A DNA stretch of 63,212 bases, the filler included, from Octopus bimaculoides (taxonomy: Eukaryota): assembly GCF_001194135.2 (NCBI RefSeq). It is 3 parts of 3 records of this genome, joined end to end, with 100 filler letters (N's around TTAATTAATTAA, not from the genome) between each part and the next. Parts side by side here need not be neighbours in the genome. Positions count along the whole stretch, not along the records: positions 34,793 to 63,212 come from NC_069002.1; 2 more parts are not named here. The stretch is one strand, 5' to 3'. The translations under genes and the position numbers were made by a program. Shown in pieces: positions 50,095-63,212 of the stretch. The first letter of the stretch is position 1. Each line of letters opens with the position of its first letter. Under the pieces are notes generated by a model. The model did no database searches. It saw only the letters and a program-made list of their open reading frames with translations, and was not told where the DNA came from.

Positions 50095-50596
50095 ACTTTC
50101 TCTATTCCCGAACGTTAAACTAATACATCCATTTGTTGTTTACACCACCTGTCTTCGTCTGTTGTTTTTTTCGTAAATTCTCCCATATGTATGTAGGTAG
50201 GTAAGTTGGTTGGTATATGGCTATCTTCGATTCTTATCTCTTCAGGCGCATGGTCATCACGAGATCACCCCTAATCGTTCAGACTTAAAACCTATGATCA
50301 TATGTACTCCAGCCGTGTCTACCTCGCCTTTTTTTCTATATCTGGCAGTTACACTTTTACAATGTGACTGTATACTTTGTTTTTAAGATGGTAGAACGTG
50401 ATTTGAAGGGGGAGGAGGCGGAGATTTGGTTGGTGTTTGCAGCAAACTGGACGGTCACTACGTAAAAGACGCACTGATTGACTCAACTTTCGTTTCTTGA
50501 TTCTGTATAAAGCCCTCTGTTCAAACGTCCATTTATCTAAGTGGAAAGCACAGAGAAGAGGAAAAGAAAGGAGAAAACATCTCAAAAATGGCAAAG

Positions 50597-50659
<63 letters not shown>

Positions 50660-51706
50660 ATAAACATGAAGGTTTTGACCCTGGATTAATGAGAATCTGT
50701 TTGTGCTTCGTGTTTTAATTACTTTAACGAAATCAATCAACTCTTTCACTATTATTTCTCTTAGTAAACCATTTCATTTAGCAAGGGATTATCCGATGCA
50801 CTCATCCTCTTGTGTCTTTCTGGATATAACATATTGCCTCTCGATATCACATAACCCTTCGTCATATCAAATGGTCTTTCCAATTCCTATGATTCGCCTT
50901 TGGCCACTGGATGTATGTTTATGTAAGCGTGTGTACTTTTATTTATGTGAACGTGTGTGTATATGTGTGTATATGTGTGTATATGCTGGTGTGCGTAAAT
51001 GATTTTTGCACGAATGTATAAAGCTGTATAAAAATAATGTCTCTGAGGTGTATAGTTAAGTGTGTAACATTGTGTGTGTGTGTGTATATGTGATAGTATT
51101 AATATTATATATTAAAAGATGTGATTTTATGTGAGTTAGTGTGTTTGTGTTTGTCTAATGTTTGTCCGAGTGTTTTTTTAATTGTATGTGTGTGCATACT
51201 TCTGTGTGTGTATGAACTCGAATGTGCGTACGGATGATTTTAGACTCAAAAGACTCAATAGAAGTGTAAATATATATATGGTTGTATAAGAGACAACTTG
51301 CGTATGTATGTAAGTTAGAGAGATTGATAGATAGAGAGTGAATGTGAGTGTATATGCGTGTGTGTCTGTGTGTGTGTATGTTTGTGTGTCTGCGCATATG
51401 AACTCGTGTTTCAGGATGATTTTAGCCTCAATATAAGTGTGAACATGTATAATTGCATAAGACAGCAATGTGTACCACAGTGTGTGTATGTGTGTATGTC
51501 TAAGATAGATAGATAGCTAGATAGACATATACGTAGATAAATAGATAGACAAACAGGTATATATATAGAGAGAAAGTGAAAGAGACTGTGTGTTTGTAAT
51601 TGAATGAATTTACTTTGACTAAAGTGTAAATATCCATGGGTGTAGAATAATCAGCGTGCGTAAATGAGAGCGTATATGTATATGCATGATTCAAAGATAT
51701 GTTAAA

Positions 51707-51786
<80 letters not shown>

Positions 51787-51799
51787 GCCCACCTGCCTG

Positions 51800-51990
51800 C
51801 ATAAGGCGAGCTAACAGAATTGCCACCGCACTGGACAAACGAACAAAATGCTTAGCGGCATTTCTTCTAATATTACATTCTGAGTTCAACTGCCGCAGGG
51901 TTCGACATCGTCTATAATCCTTTCGGGGTCCATAAAATAAGTACCAGATGTAACCTACCCCGAATTTGCTGGCCTTCTGTTAATCTGAGA
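51800..51990 (+). mobile_element. SINE family A copy
   Basis: aaggcgagctaacagaatt...aaatgcttagcggcattt...ttctgagttcaa...cctttcggggtccataaaataagtacc. Confidence 0.75.
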
Positions 51991-52329
51991 TCAACATCTA
52001 TCTATAAATCTGTCTGTCTGTCTGTGTAGGTGGCAGGTAAGTATGCGTGTATATGTTGGATAAGATCGCTTGAAATCATAATGTTCGTACTTCACTTCCA
52101 CCATGATGTAAAATTTGGGAATAAAATTGGCGACATGTAAACTGCGGAACCCAATAGAATAGTCTGAATTAGTAAGTCAAAGAAACAGTTTTCTTAAACA
52201 ACAAGTGATGTTGCTTCTACCATGGAATATTCAGCCAGTTACACAACGATACAATGATGAATCGTTTGTATTTAACTCATCGAAACCGTCGTAGATCCCT
52301 TTTCTTTTGTGCGCAAATATTAATTTAGC

Positions 52330-52380
52330 ATAAATATAAATGTGGAAATATAAATGTGGAAATATAAATGTGGAAATATA
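52330..52380. repeat. 14-bp minisatellite (AAATATAAATGTGG) x ~3.5
   Basis: Read directly from the sequence. Confidence 0.85.
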
Positions 52381-52476
52381 CGGTTATATCGTTGTGTAAG
52401 TGCGTGTATGAACACTGCATAGGCACAAGCATAAATGAATATTGTTGCCCGAGAGCCTCTTTCTGTATGTGTGTGG

Positions 52477-52512
<36 letters not shown>

Positions 52513-53271
52513 CTGTGTGTGTGTATTTGTATGCGTGTATATAAATATTTTCTGTGTGCGTATAATTTCTATTTCTTCTCACGTTCGTAGATGAGATTTA
52601 GTTCTTACGTTCTTGTATTTNNNNNNNNNNNNNNNNNNNNNNNNNNNNNNNNNNNNNNNNNNNNNNNNNNNNNNNNNNNNNNNNNNNNNNNNNNNNNNNN
52701 NNNNNNNNNNNNNNNNNNNNNNNNNNNNNNNNNNNNNNNNNNNNNNNNNNNNNNNNNNNNNNNNNNNNNNNNNNNNNNNNNNNNNNNNNNNNNNNNNNNN
52801 NNNNNNNNNNNNNNNNNNNNNNNNNNNNNNNNNNNNNNNNNNNNNNNNNNNNNNNNNNNNNNNNNNNNNNNNNNNNNNNNNNNNNNNNNNNNNNNNNNNN
52901 NNNNNNNNNNNNNNNNNNNNNNNNNNNNNNNNNNNNNNNNNNNNNNNNNNNNNNNNNNNNNNNNNNNNNNNNNNNNNNNNNNNNNNNNNNNNNNNNNNNN
53001 NNNNNNNNNNNNNNNNNNNNNNNATATATATATATATATATGTGTGTATATATATATATATACATACATGTATATATACATATATGCATATATATATGTG
53101 TATACATACTTGTATATATACATACATGCATATATATATACATACATACACACACACATATATATATATATATATGCATATATATGTATATATATATATG
53201 TATATATATGTGTGTGTGCATAAATATACATATATATATGTATAAAGTATATATCATAGTATATTTCTATA

Positions 53272-53309
<38 letters not shown>

Positions 53310-53546
53310 NNNNNNNNNNNNNNNNNNNNNNNNNNNNNNNNNNNNNNNNNNNNNNNNNNNNNNNNNNNNNNNNNNNNNNNNNNNNNNNNNNNNNNNNNCG
53401 CGCACGCACTCATATAGACATATATGTACATGTAATTTATAGTTCTAGAAAGACATCTGAGAATGCTATGACTCAATGAAAAGACTCCATACATACAAGG
53501 AGTGTTGACTTCCATCAAAAAATACCTGACTAAACTCCTAAAATAT

Positions 53547-53594
<48 letters not shown>

Positions 53595-53639
53595 CACTAA
53601 GCTACGCGCCTTATATATGTATATATATTTTCTTTTTTT

Positions 53640-53810
53640 TCTTTTCTTTTATTTGTTTCAGTCATCGACCCTAGGACTTATTCTTTGTAAGCTTAGTACT
53701 TATACTATCGGACTCTCTCTTGCCGAACCGCTAAGTGACAGGGACGTAAACACACCAGCATCGGTTGTCAAGCGATGTTGGGGGGACAAACACAGACAGA
53801 CACACAAACA
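53640..53810 (-). mobile_element. SINE family C tail
   Basis: gtcgaccctaggacttattctttgtaagc..ttgccgaaccgctaag..cggttgtcaagcgatg. Confidence 0.8.
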
Positions 53811-54485
53811 TTTATATATATATATATGTTGTTGTACTTGGGGATGGTCATATTGCCTGTTTAGCCAATAAAAACACACGCACTGTATATTTGGTGTTAA
53901 TTTGCTTCAGCTTTATATTACATTAATCTTAATCTTATTTTATATATATATATATATNNNNNNNNNNNNNNNNNNNNNNNNNNNNNNNNNNNNNNNNNNN
54001 NNNNNNNNNNNNNNNNNNNNNNNNNNNNNNNNNNNNNNNNNNNNNNNNNNNNNNNNNNNNNNNNNNNNNNNNNNNNNNNNNNNNNNNNNNNNNNNNNNNN
54101 NNNNNNNNNNNNNNNNNNNNNNNNNNNNNNNNNNNNNNNNNNNNNNNNNNNNNNNNNNNNNNNNNNNNNNNNNNNNNNNNNNNNNNNNNNNNNNNNNNNN
54201 NNNNNNNNNNNNNNNNNNNNNNNNNNNNNNNNNNNNNNNNNNNNNNNNNNNNNNNNNNNNNNNNNNNNNNNNNNNNNNNNNNNNNNNNNNNNNNNNNNNN
54301 NNNNNNNNNNNNNNNNNNNNNNNNNNNNNNNNNNNNNNNNNNNNNNNNNNNNNNNNNNNNNNNNNNNNNNNNNNNNNNNNNNNNNNNNNNNNNNNNNNNN
54401 NNNNNNNNNNNNNNNNNNNNNNNNNNNNNNNNNNNNNNNNNNNNNNNNNNNNNNNNNNNNNNNNNNNNNNNNNNNNNNNNNNNNN

Positions 54486-55460
54486 TTGCTGAAATACATC
54501 AAAAGTTTCATTAGAGACGATTCCGACATGCTAGAGCACTTACCAAAAACAATTAATGAAGAGGCATTATTGGTTTCTCTCGATGTTATCAATCTTTACA
54601 CCAACATCCCACATGAGTATGGAATAAAAGCAATCAAATTCTGGTTAGAAAAGTACCCCGAAGTGCTCCCGGAACGCATAAATCAGATCTTTCTTGTTGA
54701 ATCTTTAAAATTTATACTTCAGAACAATTATTTCCTATTTGATGACACATACTATCGTAAAAAATGCGGAATTGCGATGGGAACGAAAGCAGCCCCTGTT
54801 CTTGCGAACCTGATAATGGGTTATTTTGAATTCACCATATATGAGGTGTCACTTCAAAAATATGGTTATCCATTTTACTATTACATAAGAGAAAGCTGGA
54901 AAAGATACCTGGATGACTGTTTTATCATTTGGAAGGAGACCATTGGCAATATTTTGGACTTCAAATCAACACTAAATGATATAAATAGTAACTTTCAATT
55001 CACAATGGAATATAGCAAAGAACAGCTCCTATTTTTAGATATTAAAAAAGTCAACAACCAAATTATAACTGATATCTATCATAAACCAACGGACTCGAAG
55101 CACTATCTTCTCTTTAGCTCATGCCACTCGAAATACGTCAAAATAAACATTCCCTTTAATTTGGCAGAAGGAATTAGTGTCTGATAGAACTACTCGGGAC
55201 CTTCGTCTTCAAGACCTCAAAACAACACTAACTGAAAGACAATATCCACCTTCACTTATAGACGATGGAATTAAGTGTTCTAAGAAATTAGACATAAAAA
55301 CACTAAGGACAACAAAGCATAACACCACACCACATCTCAAAACACTACTGTATATATCAATTTACAACCATAGAAACAATGAGGCATTCAACACTATTGT
55401 GCAAAATCTCCCTCTATTAACTAGAGACCCAAATATGAACAACATCCTGAAAGCGCATAA
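54486..55460 (+). mobile_element. Penelope-like element reverse transcriptase fragment, 5' end lost in the gap
   Basis: LVSLDVINLYTNIP, NNYFLFDDTYY..GIAMGTKAAPVLANLIMGYFE, WKRYLDDCF (~54906), FTMEYS...FLDI, TDIYHKPTDSKHYL; frameshift near 55180, then RQYPPSLI thumb region. Confidence 0.93.
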
Positions 55461-55578
55461 TTTTAATATGCTGGCCACTGATAAAATTTAAAAAAAATAT
55501 GTTTTTAAGCTTTATATAACGTACATGTGCTTTCACAAGCTGATCGACATACTTCCAAGGTATTAAAAGCACCCCCAC

Positions 55579-55620
<42 letters not shown>

Positions 55621-56243
55621 AACAAAAAAAAAACAACGATAGAACGTGGCTCGAACTCCGCACACTAACCTTTCTATTTTATGATCGTTGTATTCAAAGT
55701 ACTTGGAGTGTGGAAATGTTTACTAACAAAACTATTTGCTAACGTGTCCGGCCTTTCACTACACTTTTAAATTGTATACATGATCTATGTTTGCATGCAT
55801 GTATGTATGTAGCAAAATATATATTTATATGTAAGTATCTATCAATCTATCTATCCTTATATTAACTATATACATTCTAAATACGCATGCAAATTTATAC
55901 GACCCTAACAATCGTTATTTACAGTGACGTCTTGATTTAGTCCTTTATGCATATGTAGTATTTTTCGTGCGTCACTTCACATGACGTCTGTGTATGTGTG
56001 TTTGCGCGCATGTGTGTGGGGGGTGTGAGGGTGGTGATGAATGTCTTTGAATTTAACTGAATGTTTGGGTTGATATATATATATACGTGATTTGTCTTTG
56101 TCTTTTAATGAGATTTGGAAGAGTTTGTGCACGGAAATGTGTGATTGTATCTGATTTATAAGTTACTAACGGTCACATTTTATTGCAGGAGCAGACCCGT
56201 GTACATATGTGTTTCTGTGTATGTTTGCGTCTATGTATGTATG

Positions 56244-56287
<44 letters not shown>

Positions 56288-57229
56288 GTTTTTGAATGAA
56301 TACATTCTTACATATACACACGCACACAAGCTCACTTTGATACACATATGTACGCGTCGGACTATATGTAGATACACACAAATAAGTACGAGAAAGCCGC
56401 AGGAATGTGTACGTATGTATGGATGTGTATGTTTATGCGTATGTGATTGTATGGCAACTAATGTCTGTTGAATATATAATGTGGTACATATATAATCCAA
56501 GCATGAACATTTAAAAAGAAACGACACAAACACATAAAGAACAATAAAAACAACAAAAACTTAGAAGCTTAAAAAAATGTAAACAGAAAAATAAAAATAA
56601 AAATAAAAAGAAAAGCAAATAATCTGAAAATAAAGAATCATAACTCCAAACGAAAAGGTAACAAAATAATAAAATAAATGAAATAAATATAATAAAAGAA
56701 ATGACCACGACTAAATATTGGCAGGAATTTCTAAAGAATCCACCAACATACATAACAATGACACATATATCTGTTATATAGGACAAAATAGTGAGATTTT
56801 ACAGGTGAGACACCGAACAGAACGGAAAACACAATTAATTTGATGAAAGCGAGAGAGAAAAAAAGCTATATTCAAAAAATGCCTTCAACAAAATATCTTC
56901 AACAAAAGTATCTTTGACAATATTTAAAAATAAACGAATAATATTATTTGTTCATATATTTTATTAAGACAGTTAATGCCACTTGCCTTCCCACTCACCG
57001 ACCCAGTTCAACCTGCCCCGAAAATCTGAAAATGCAGAGAATTTAGCTTTAGTTTTTTTTCTGTTTGTCTTTGCTTTTATATAAATTTTATTTTATTTAA
57101 AAAAATTTTTGGTTTTTGGTGTTTTTTTTTGCCTGTGCCGTCGCTGGTGCGTTTCTATTGTAGCTGAAGAATATTGACATTTGGTTTTAGTTCATTTACT
57201 AGAAACTATTTAGAAACATTAGAAATGTC

Positions 57230-57420
57230 CAACAAAATTCTTTGCGATATGTTGTTACAATGCTTAACTTTCTGAGTTCAAATCCTGTCAGGGCCAATTA
57301 TTTTGCACTTATTCTTCCGGGATCGATAAAATAAAATACTAGTCAAATACTGGAATCGATAGTATCGACTAGCCTCTACTTCTCAAACTTCCTGTCTTCG
57401 TACCTAAATTAGAAACAAAT
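57230..57420 (+). mobile_element. SINE family A copy
   Basis: ttctgagttcaaatcctg...ccgggatcgataaaataaaatactagtcaaatactggaatcgat. Confidence 0.6.
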
Positions 57421-57459
57421 ATTTATCAGGCGGCCAGCTGGAAAAACTCTAAAGCAGCG

Positions 57460-58460
57460 GAAAAAATGCTTAACGGCATTGATGTGGGGGCGGTGGATAA
57501 TGACTTTGGTGTTGTTGCAGGTGGTTTTGCTGGTGCTAGTGATGTTTGTTGTTCTCGTCCCGGCGTAGGCAGCGATGGAGGCCGTTGGTGGCAGCAAACC
57601 CGCAAATGAGTCCGTGCATCAGAAATGACATCGAATACATAGCGAGGGACAAACAATACGGCACCATTTCGGTGCTGTTTAAGTCAGAAGCCCTTGCTAT
57701 GAGACATTCAATGACGTCTTGCAAAACCAGTATCCGTTCCTTCCACGATTACGCATCTTAGAACCCACCAAACATCTAGTCCTGGTAGGATTGCGGACAC
57801 GGGCTGTATGTTTCCGTATGTGAGATAGGTACATGAAGACTTTGCTGGTTTTGCAGGAGGTCATTGAATGTTTCATAGCGAGGGCTTCTGACTTAAACAC
57901 CACCGAAATGGTGCCGTGTTGTTTGTCCCTCGCTATGCATTCGATGTCATTTCTGATGCACCTCAGCGCCGCCTCAATATCTACTTGGGCTATCAAAGCC
58001 GCTCTTTTTGTGTCTGCTGAAATGCATCTGAAAAGCACCGTTCTTCTCTCCACTGCTTCAATTGCCTCTGATGAGACTGTCAGATTTGCCCAATTCTTCT
58101 CTTGTTTTATTAGTCTCTGTTCCTGTGGTAACATATGCTCCCTATTCGTGAGGTCTGTGGTAAAGCGGTGTTTGGTCTTCACTGCTGATGCTGTCGTTCT
58201 TGTTGCCGTTGTTCTTATCGATATTGTTGGTATTGGTTTGTTGTTGTTGCTGTTCTCTGTTGTCATGACAGTCTGGTTTTTTCCTCCTCCCCTTCCCCTG
58301 TATTGTTGCCCGTGACGGAGAGAAAGGGAGGGAAGTCTTCATCCATTACCATATTGGTGGGAGAGTTTGTTTTGTTTTTTCTCAACTCTTTGAAGACGTG
58401 CTCCGTCATCTTGTTAAGTTGTATTTGATTCAATTAAATTTAACGCCAACCGAAGTTATT
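57460..58460 (-). mobile_element. LINE ORF1 (gag-like) 5' fragment with an internal inverted duplication
   Basis: RRTVLFRC..DIEAALRCIRNDIECIARDKQHGTISVVFKSEALAM (RRM-like), then after a frameshift ILPGLDVWWVL, and a knuckle-like HLRVCCHQ followed by a Pro/Thr-rich tail. 57615-57730 is an inverted copy of 57845-57960. Confidence 0.6.
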
Positions 58461-59189
58461 TGGTGGGTCGAAATTCACTCCTCTGGGGGCTCCACAACTA
58501 TAAAAAAACAGTAATAGGTTCCCGGTGATTCTATTCACAACTTGGAATAAAATAATTATGGACAAAGAACACCAATCTTGGTGTAAATAGATATTTTGAA
58601 CTCAACTTACTTGGAACGTTCGAAAACGCATCCGATGTGTTCCGCAGCAAATATAATAATAATGATAATAATAATAATAACAATAAGCAACAGTAAGAGA
58701 AATAAAGCAAATGGTGATTAATTACGATGAGAATTAAACAAGGCTACTTTTCAAAAATGTTGATTGTCACAAAACCGAGTTCATAAATCCCCAACGTATA
58801 ACTTATAATAAAAATAAAACATCGCCGTCAAATCATATATTGTATTTGTTACATAATACATCTGAGCAGAATTGTATGTTTGTTTTGTAGTTCCAACGTT
58901 TAAAAATCTTCGATTACATACGTTTCTTTCTTTCTTTCTTTCTTTCTTTCTCTGGTATACGTAAGATTGTCTTTGAACTTGCCAGCATCAAGAGCTTTAA
59001 TGTAGTGGGCTGGGGGCCGCATTGTCCAAGAATGCTTCATTCAGTCACAGAGTGGAGATGCTTCAACTGATATTTTTAATCAAGTTCTTCAGAGAGGGAG
59101 AAAGAGAGAGAGAGAGAGAGTGGATGAAACACACTCACATGCATACACACAGACACATACACACACGTATACAAACACATACACACACG

Positions 59190-59256
<67 letters not shown>

Positions 59257-59899
59257 ATATATGCGTATGTGTTTGTGCTTGTCTTTCACCCTTCTCCTCT
59301 ATTTTTCTTTTTCTTAATGTTATTAAATAACGAACTACAGGGTAAGATAGAAATGGTATAGAAAAGCCTGTGTGCCACACCTAGAGAGAAAGCAGCTGGC
59401 TGCTATACAACCAATATATACTTTATTTTCGTAAAATTTAATTACGCAACGTTTACAACGCATTTCAATAAATTTCGGCTGAAATACTCCGCCATCCTCC
59501 CGCCTGCCACCAACAGATTTCACCACGCTATCAGCTTTCAACATGTCAGAATTAACTGTAAACTAAATATAGACGAAGATAATTAACACTGAATGGTTTT
59601 GGCGGTGTGTGTAACCAATGACGTAAAAACCATTCACGAAATGTATCATACTTTCATCTGCTCATCTTCATGCACAAAACACGTGATATTTCCATGTATT
59701 CATGTACGGAGACGCTTTGTGTTTCCATATCTAAAATACCACATGTAAAAAAAAAGAAGAAAATAACAACCAGAAACAGTTCCTGTTGCAGATTTTTAAT
59801 TCTATAAATGTCTTTCAGTCCATAGCAAATGAATTACGTCGGAAATAAATTATGCTGACCTGTTGGAAGTTTGAAATCATTTAATAAAAAGTGTTAGGG

Positions 59900-60130
59900 G
59901 TGTCTACAAAACTCTTCCTATTCCGATCTTTTGCTGAAAATACTAAAAGAATGTTATGTTTCTTTGAATGACAGAGATCGTATCTTCCGGAACCATGAGT
60001 AAAGTGAGAGACTTGGTGTTTGTAATGATCCGATCTATCTGATAATCCTAAATGTTGTTATCATTTAAACTCTCGATATGCTTGAATAGTGAAGTGGCAA
60101 GGTGTCTTTCTGAGTGTTCATATAAAATAT
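59900..60130 (-). mobile_element. Penelope-like GIY-YIG C-terminal remnant
   Basis: TSLFKHIESLNDNNI*DYQIDRII...GSGRYDLC..K.NILL resembles the PLE T.LSKHIW.LK..NI.Y.I.W.II..GS..C.LC..EK..IL motif. Confidence 0.4.
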
Positions 60131-61341
60131 TTATATAAAAATGTTTATATAAAAATACACTCAGACAATAGAAAACAACATGTCATTACTTTACTATCTA
60201 TATCCATTTGGAATATTTGACAATATTAATAATTGTTTATTAAATAGATTGATCCATATTAGAGTATACATCGCCCAACATTGATAATTTCAGATACTGC
60301 AGTTTATGTCTCTCAGAGAAGTATGATATTCAGTTACTATTTCCTGCATAATGTCATGCCTAGAAAGATGTTTAGATAATAAAGAAACAAAAACATTCAC
60401 TTGTTTACCAATACGACAACTTCAGCAAGAACCGTTTCAGAGTGTTATTTTACGCATGGTACTGCACATCTGAAAAGGTAATTATTTTGAACGCTCATAT
60501 GCACATTAGCACGCGTTATATTGCTTTTAGTTTTATATTTTTCTAATAATATTGAAGCGTCAAATAAGTTTTCGCCGTTCATTTATGATTTGTTCACAGA
60601 CAGTGAAGCTATTTAGTGAGTCTAGTCGTAGATGTAGCAGGAAAATGTTTCAGCACATTGTAACGTACAATGACATTGTTAGTAAATGAAGCGAATATAT
60701 ATTTGTGTGCTGGTAAAGGGCTAACAGGACACATCGGCAATGAAACTGTTTCAGCTTCAACACACTATCCATAATCCCATCACAAACACTATATGCTCAT
60801 ACAGGAGGACACGTATACGTACGCAAACTCATATAGAGATTAAGAAACGTACAAACACACACAAATATACATAGTTACAAACACATATACACATACGTAT
60901 ACACACACACACACATATACATAGGTACGAGTACACACGGCTTAGAAGTGCCTCGAAGAAGAAATATGAGAAAAAACGTTCTCTTTAAATTTAGCTATTT
61001 CTCTGTTCATAAATTCAAAACTGTGTTTTCATTCCATCACCAGCGAAAGTTCCCAATATTTGCAGCGTCTGTTTGTCTGTCTGGTTGTCTGTCTATCTGT
61101 CTGTCTGTCTGTCTGTCCGTTTGTCTGTCTGTCTGCTTATCTGTCTGTATGTGTGTGTATACACGTGTACATATACGTATGTGTACATGTATATATGTTT
61201 GTGTGTGCATGTGTGTGTGTATGTATGTGTACATATGCGTATATATGTATTGAATGTGTAATAGACACACAAATGGAAGTAAATGTAAGCACATACACAC
61301 TTCTAAGAATATATATATGTGTGTGGGGTGTGTGTGTGGTA

Positions 61342-62471
61342 TGATCAATAAGTATCCGGATTTTTTTAATAGTAGCGAAGCTAAAGCACGCAGAGTAAAG
61401 CTACTCAGGCACTGGTTGACCTTGAACTCTGCTGTGCATGCGCACTAAGTGTTAACGTTCTAGCTCACTTCCGCTGTTTACAGTNNNNNNNNNNNNNNNN
61501 NNNNNNNNNNNNNNNNNNNNNNNNNNNNNNNNNNNNNNNNNNNNNNNNNNNNNNNNNNNNNNNNNNNNNNNNNNNNNNNNNNNNNNNNNNNNNNNNNNNN
61601 NNNNNNNNNNNNNNNNNNNNNNNNNNNNNNNNNNNNNNNNNNNNNNNNNNNNNNNNNNNNNNNNNNNNNNNNNNNNNNNNNNNNNNNNNNNNNNNNNNNN
61701 NNNNNNNNNNNNNNNNNNNNNNNNNNNNNNNNNNCTGTGCATGCGCACTAAGTGTTAACGTTCTAGCTCACTTCCGCTGTTTACAGTAGTGCTTGGAATG
61801 AGGGTATGTAGCGTGTGATCGTCGCAATGACCATGACAGAAAATTGAGCAGAGAATCTGCATCAAATTTTGCTAAAAGCCTGGCGACACCTGCTCAGAGG
61901 CCTGCGCAAAGTTTTAAAAAAGTTTTTACCGTTCTCGATACAATCTCTTGCAACTGAAACCCGAGTTTTTGTAAAATAGTTTTGGCAGACACGCATCTCA
62001 TATCCAAATCTTCAGTGATAATGAAGTGAAGTAAACCGTAACTAATCTGCACATTCACCGATAACTTACGGATGGTGATTTGACGATTTCTCCTCGCAGC
62101 TGCACGCACATCTGCGATATTTTTCTCAGTTGTGCTTGTTGTGGGTCGTCAATATTGACACTTTTTCGGCCATCTTGGAAACGTCTGAACCTCACTCACA
62201 CTTGTGTGAAGCTCACACTCCTCTCCATATACTTTCTGCAACTTTGCGAAGGCTTCTCAGCAGGTGTCGCCATGACAACTTTCTCTGTCATGGTCAATGC
62301 GACAATCACAAGTTACACACCTTCCTTCCAAACACTGCTGTAAATAGCGGAAGTGAGCTAGAACGTTAAAACGCATGCACAGCAGAGTTGAAGATCAGTC
62401 TTTGCCAATCGGCTTCTCTTTGCGTGACTCAGCTTTGTTACTATGGCAACAATCCGGATACTTATTGATCA
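61342..62471. mobile_element. Non-autonomous mariner derivative made of two inverted 5' ends
   Basis: TIRs TGATCAATAAGTATCCGGA (61342-61360) and TCCGGATACTTATTGATCA (62453-62471). Left arm (+) encodes MTE..EQRICIKF...GDTCSE. Right arm (-) encodes MTEK..FAKLQKVYGEE..WFRRFQDGRKSV..RQITIRKLS..ISYG..IITEDLDMRCVSAK (mariner HTH region). Confidence 0.88.
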
Positions 62472-62492
62472 GATCTCGTGTGTATGTGTGTG

Positions 62493-62528
<36 letters not shown>

Positions 62529-63212
62529 AGCATGCGTACACGCATACACATCGACATATATCTGTCTATCTGTTTGACTATATGCATTTGATTGTATAAT
62601 GTATATGTCTTTGTGTGCACGTGAGTGTGTGAGTTGTATTTATGTAAACCTGAAAGACACACACATTCACACGTGTACAAACACACTTATCTCCGTAATT
62701 ACGCTCCATTGAAATATAAATCAACCATTGATGTTATTGAACAGTCTTATGACAGAAGGATTTGGTTATATTTCGTGGTCGAGTGCTTGTTACAACGAGG
62801 GTAATGTAGCTTAGAAATAGCTGGACGTAAGTAACTTGTTGTGTCGCTTTAATTCTGAACTTCATAAACCATTGAATAGTGAGGAGATACCTAACTGGAT
62901 CAGCCAAAAGAAGCGATAGACAAGAAAAGCAATACAGCCATGAAACATATCTCCTGTCTGCCGCTACGCTATGACCGGTAGTGGTAAAATTAACTTTTGA
63001 CCATTCTACGGTCCAGTCCGTCTAAATGGAATTAAATACCATGGAAAGTTGAAAGTTATAGTTCACCATCGAGCCAACGATGGTAATTCTACTCGGCCGG
63101 CCAAACTGCTAGAAATAATGGGCAAATCTCCTTCAAATAACACCCAACTGTTATATACATCTAAATCTGTATTTTTCTCTCCCCACCTATATATATATAT
63201 ATATATATATAT

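Noticed and set aside
61432-61790. Apparent ~53-bp direct repeat on either side of the 61485-61734 gap
   Set aside because: Identical sequence at both gap edges indicates overlapping contig ends (negative gap), not a real duplication.

Overview
AT-rich, microsatellite- and SINE-dense eukaryotic genomic DNA with many N gaps. The repeat content (tRNA-derived SINEs, R4/Dong-type LINEs, Penelope-like elements, mariner/Tc1, Helitron) and the one clear gene point to an octopus genome; the species is an inference. The only confidently identifiable host gene is an intronless Cys-loop receptor CDS on the minus strand (6619-7737, 372 aa from the first ATG). It has a signal peptide, a C-x13-C loop, four TM helices and a GEK filter, but lacks the acetylcholine-binding aromatics and vicinal cysteines, which is the profile of a cephalopod chemotactile receptor (CR). 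By eye it has also lost the otherwise near-universal gating residues (loop-2 Glu, Cys-loop Asp, pre-M1 Arg, M1 Pro, M2-M3 Pro) while keeping an intact frame. A second, unexplained 281-codon intronless ORF (44844-43999, minus) continues in frame past one TAG for 65 more codons, has an F-box-like motif, and meets two small convergent ORFs. It is a candidate endogenous viral/Polinton-like fragment or orphan gene. The rest is TE debris, including TAA-targeted R4/Dong arrays, hammerhead-like motifs, a mariner element built from two 5' ends, a MITE and an inverted-duplicated LINE ORF1. All family assignments come from motif recognition by eye; no searches were run.
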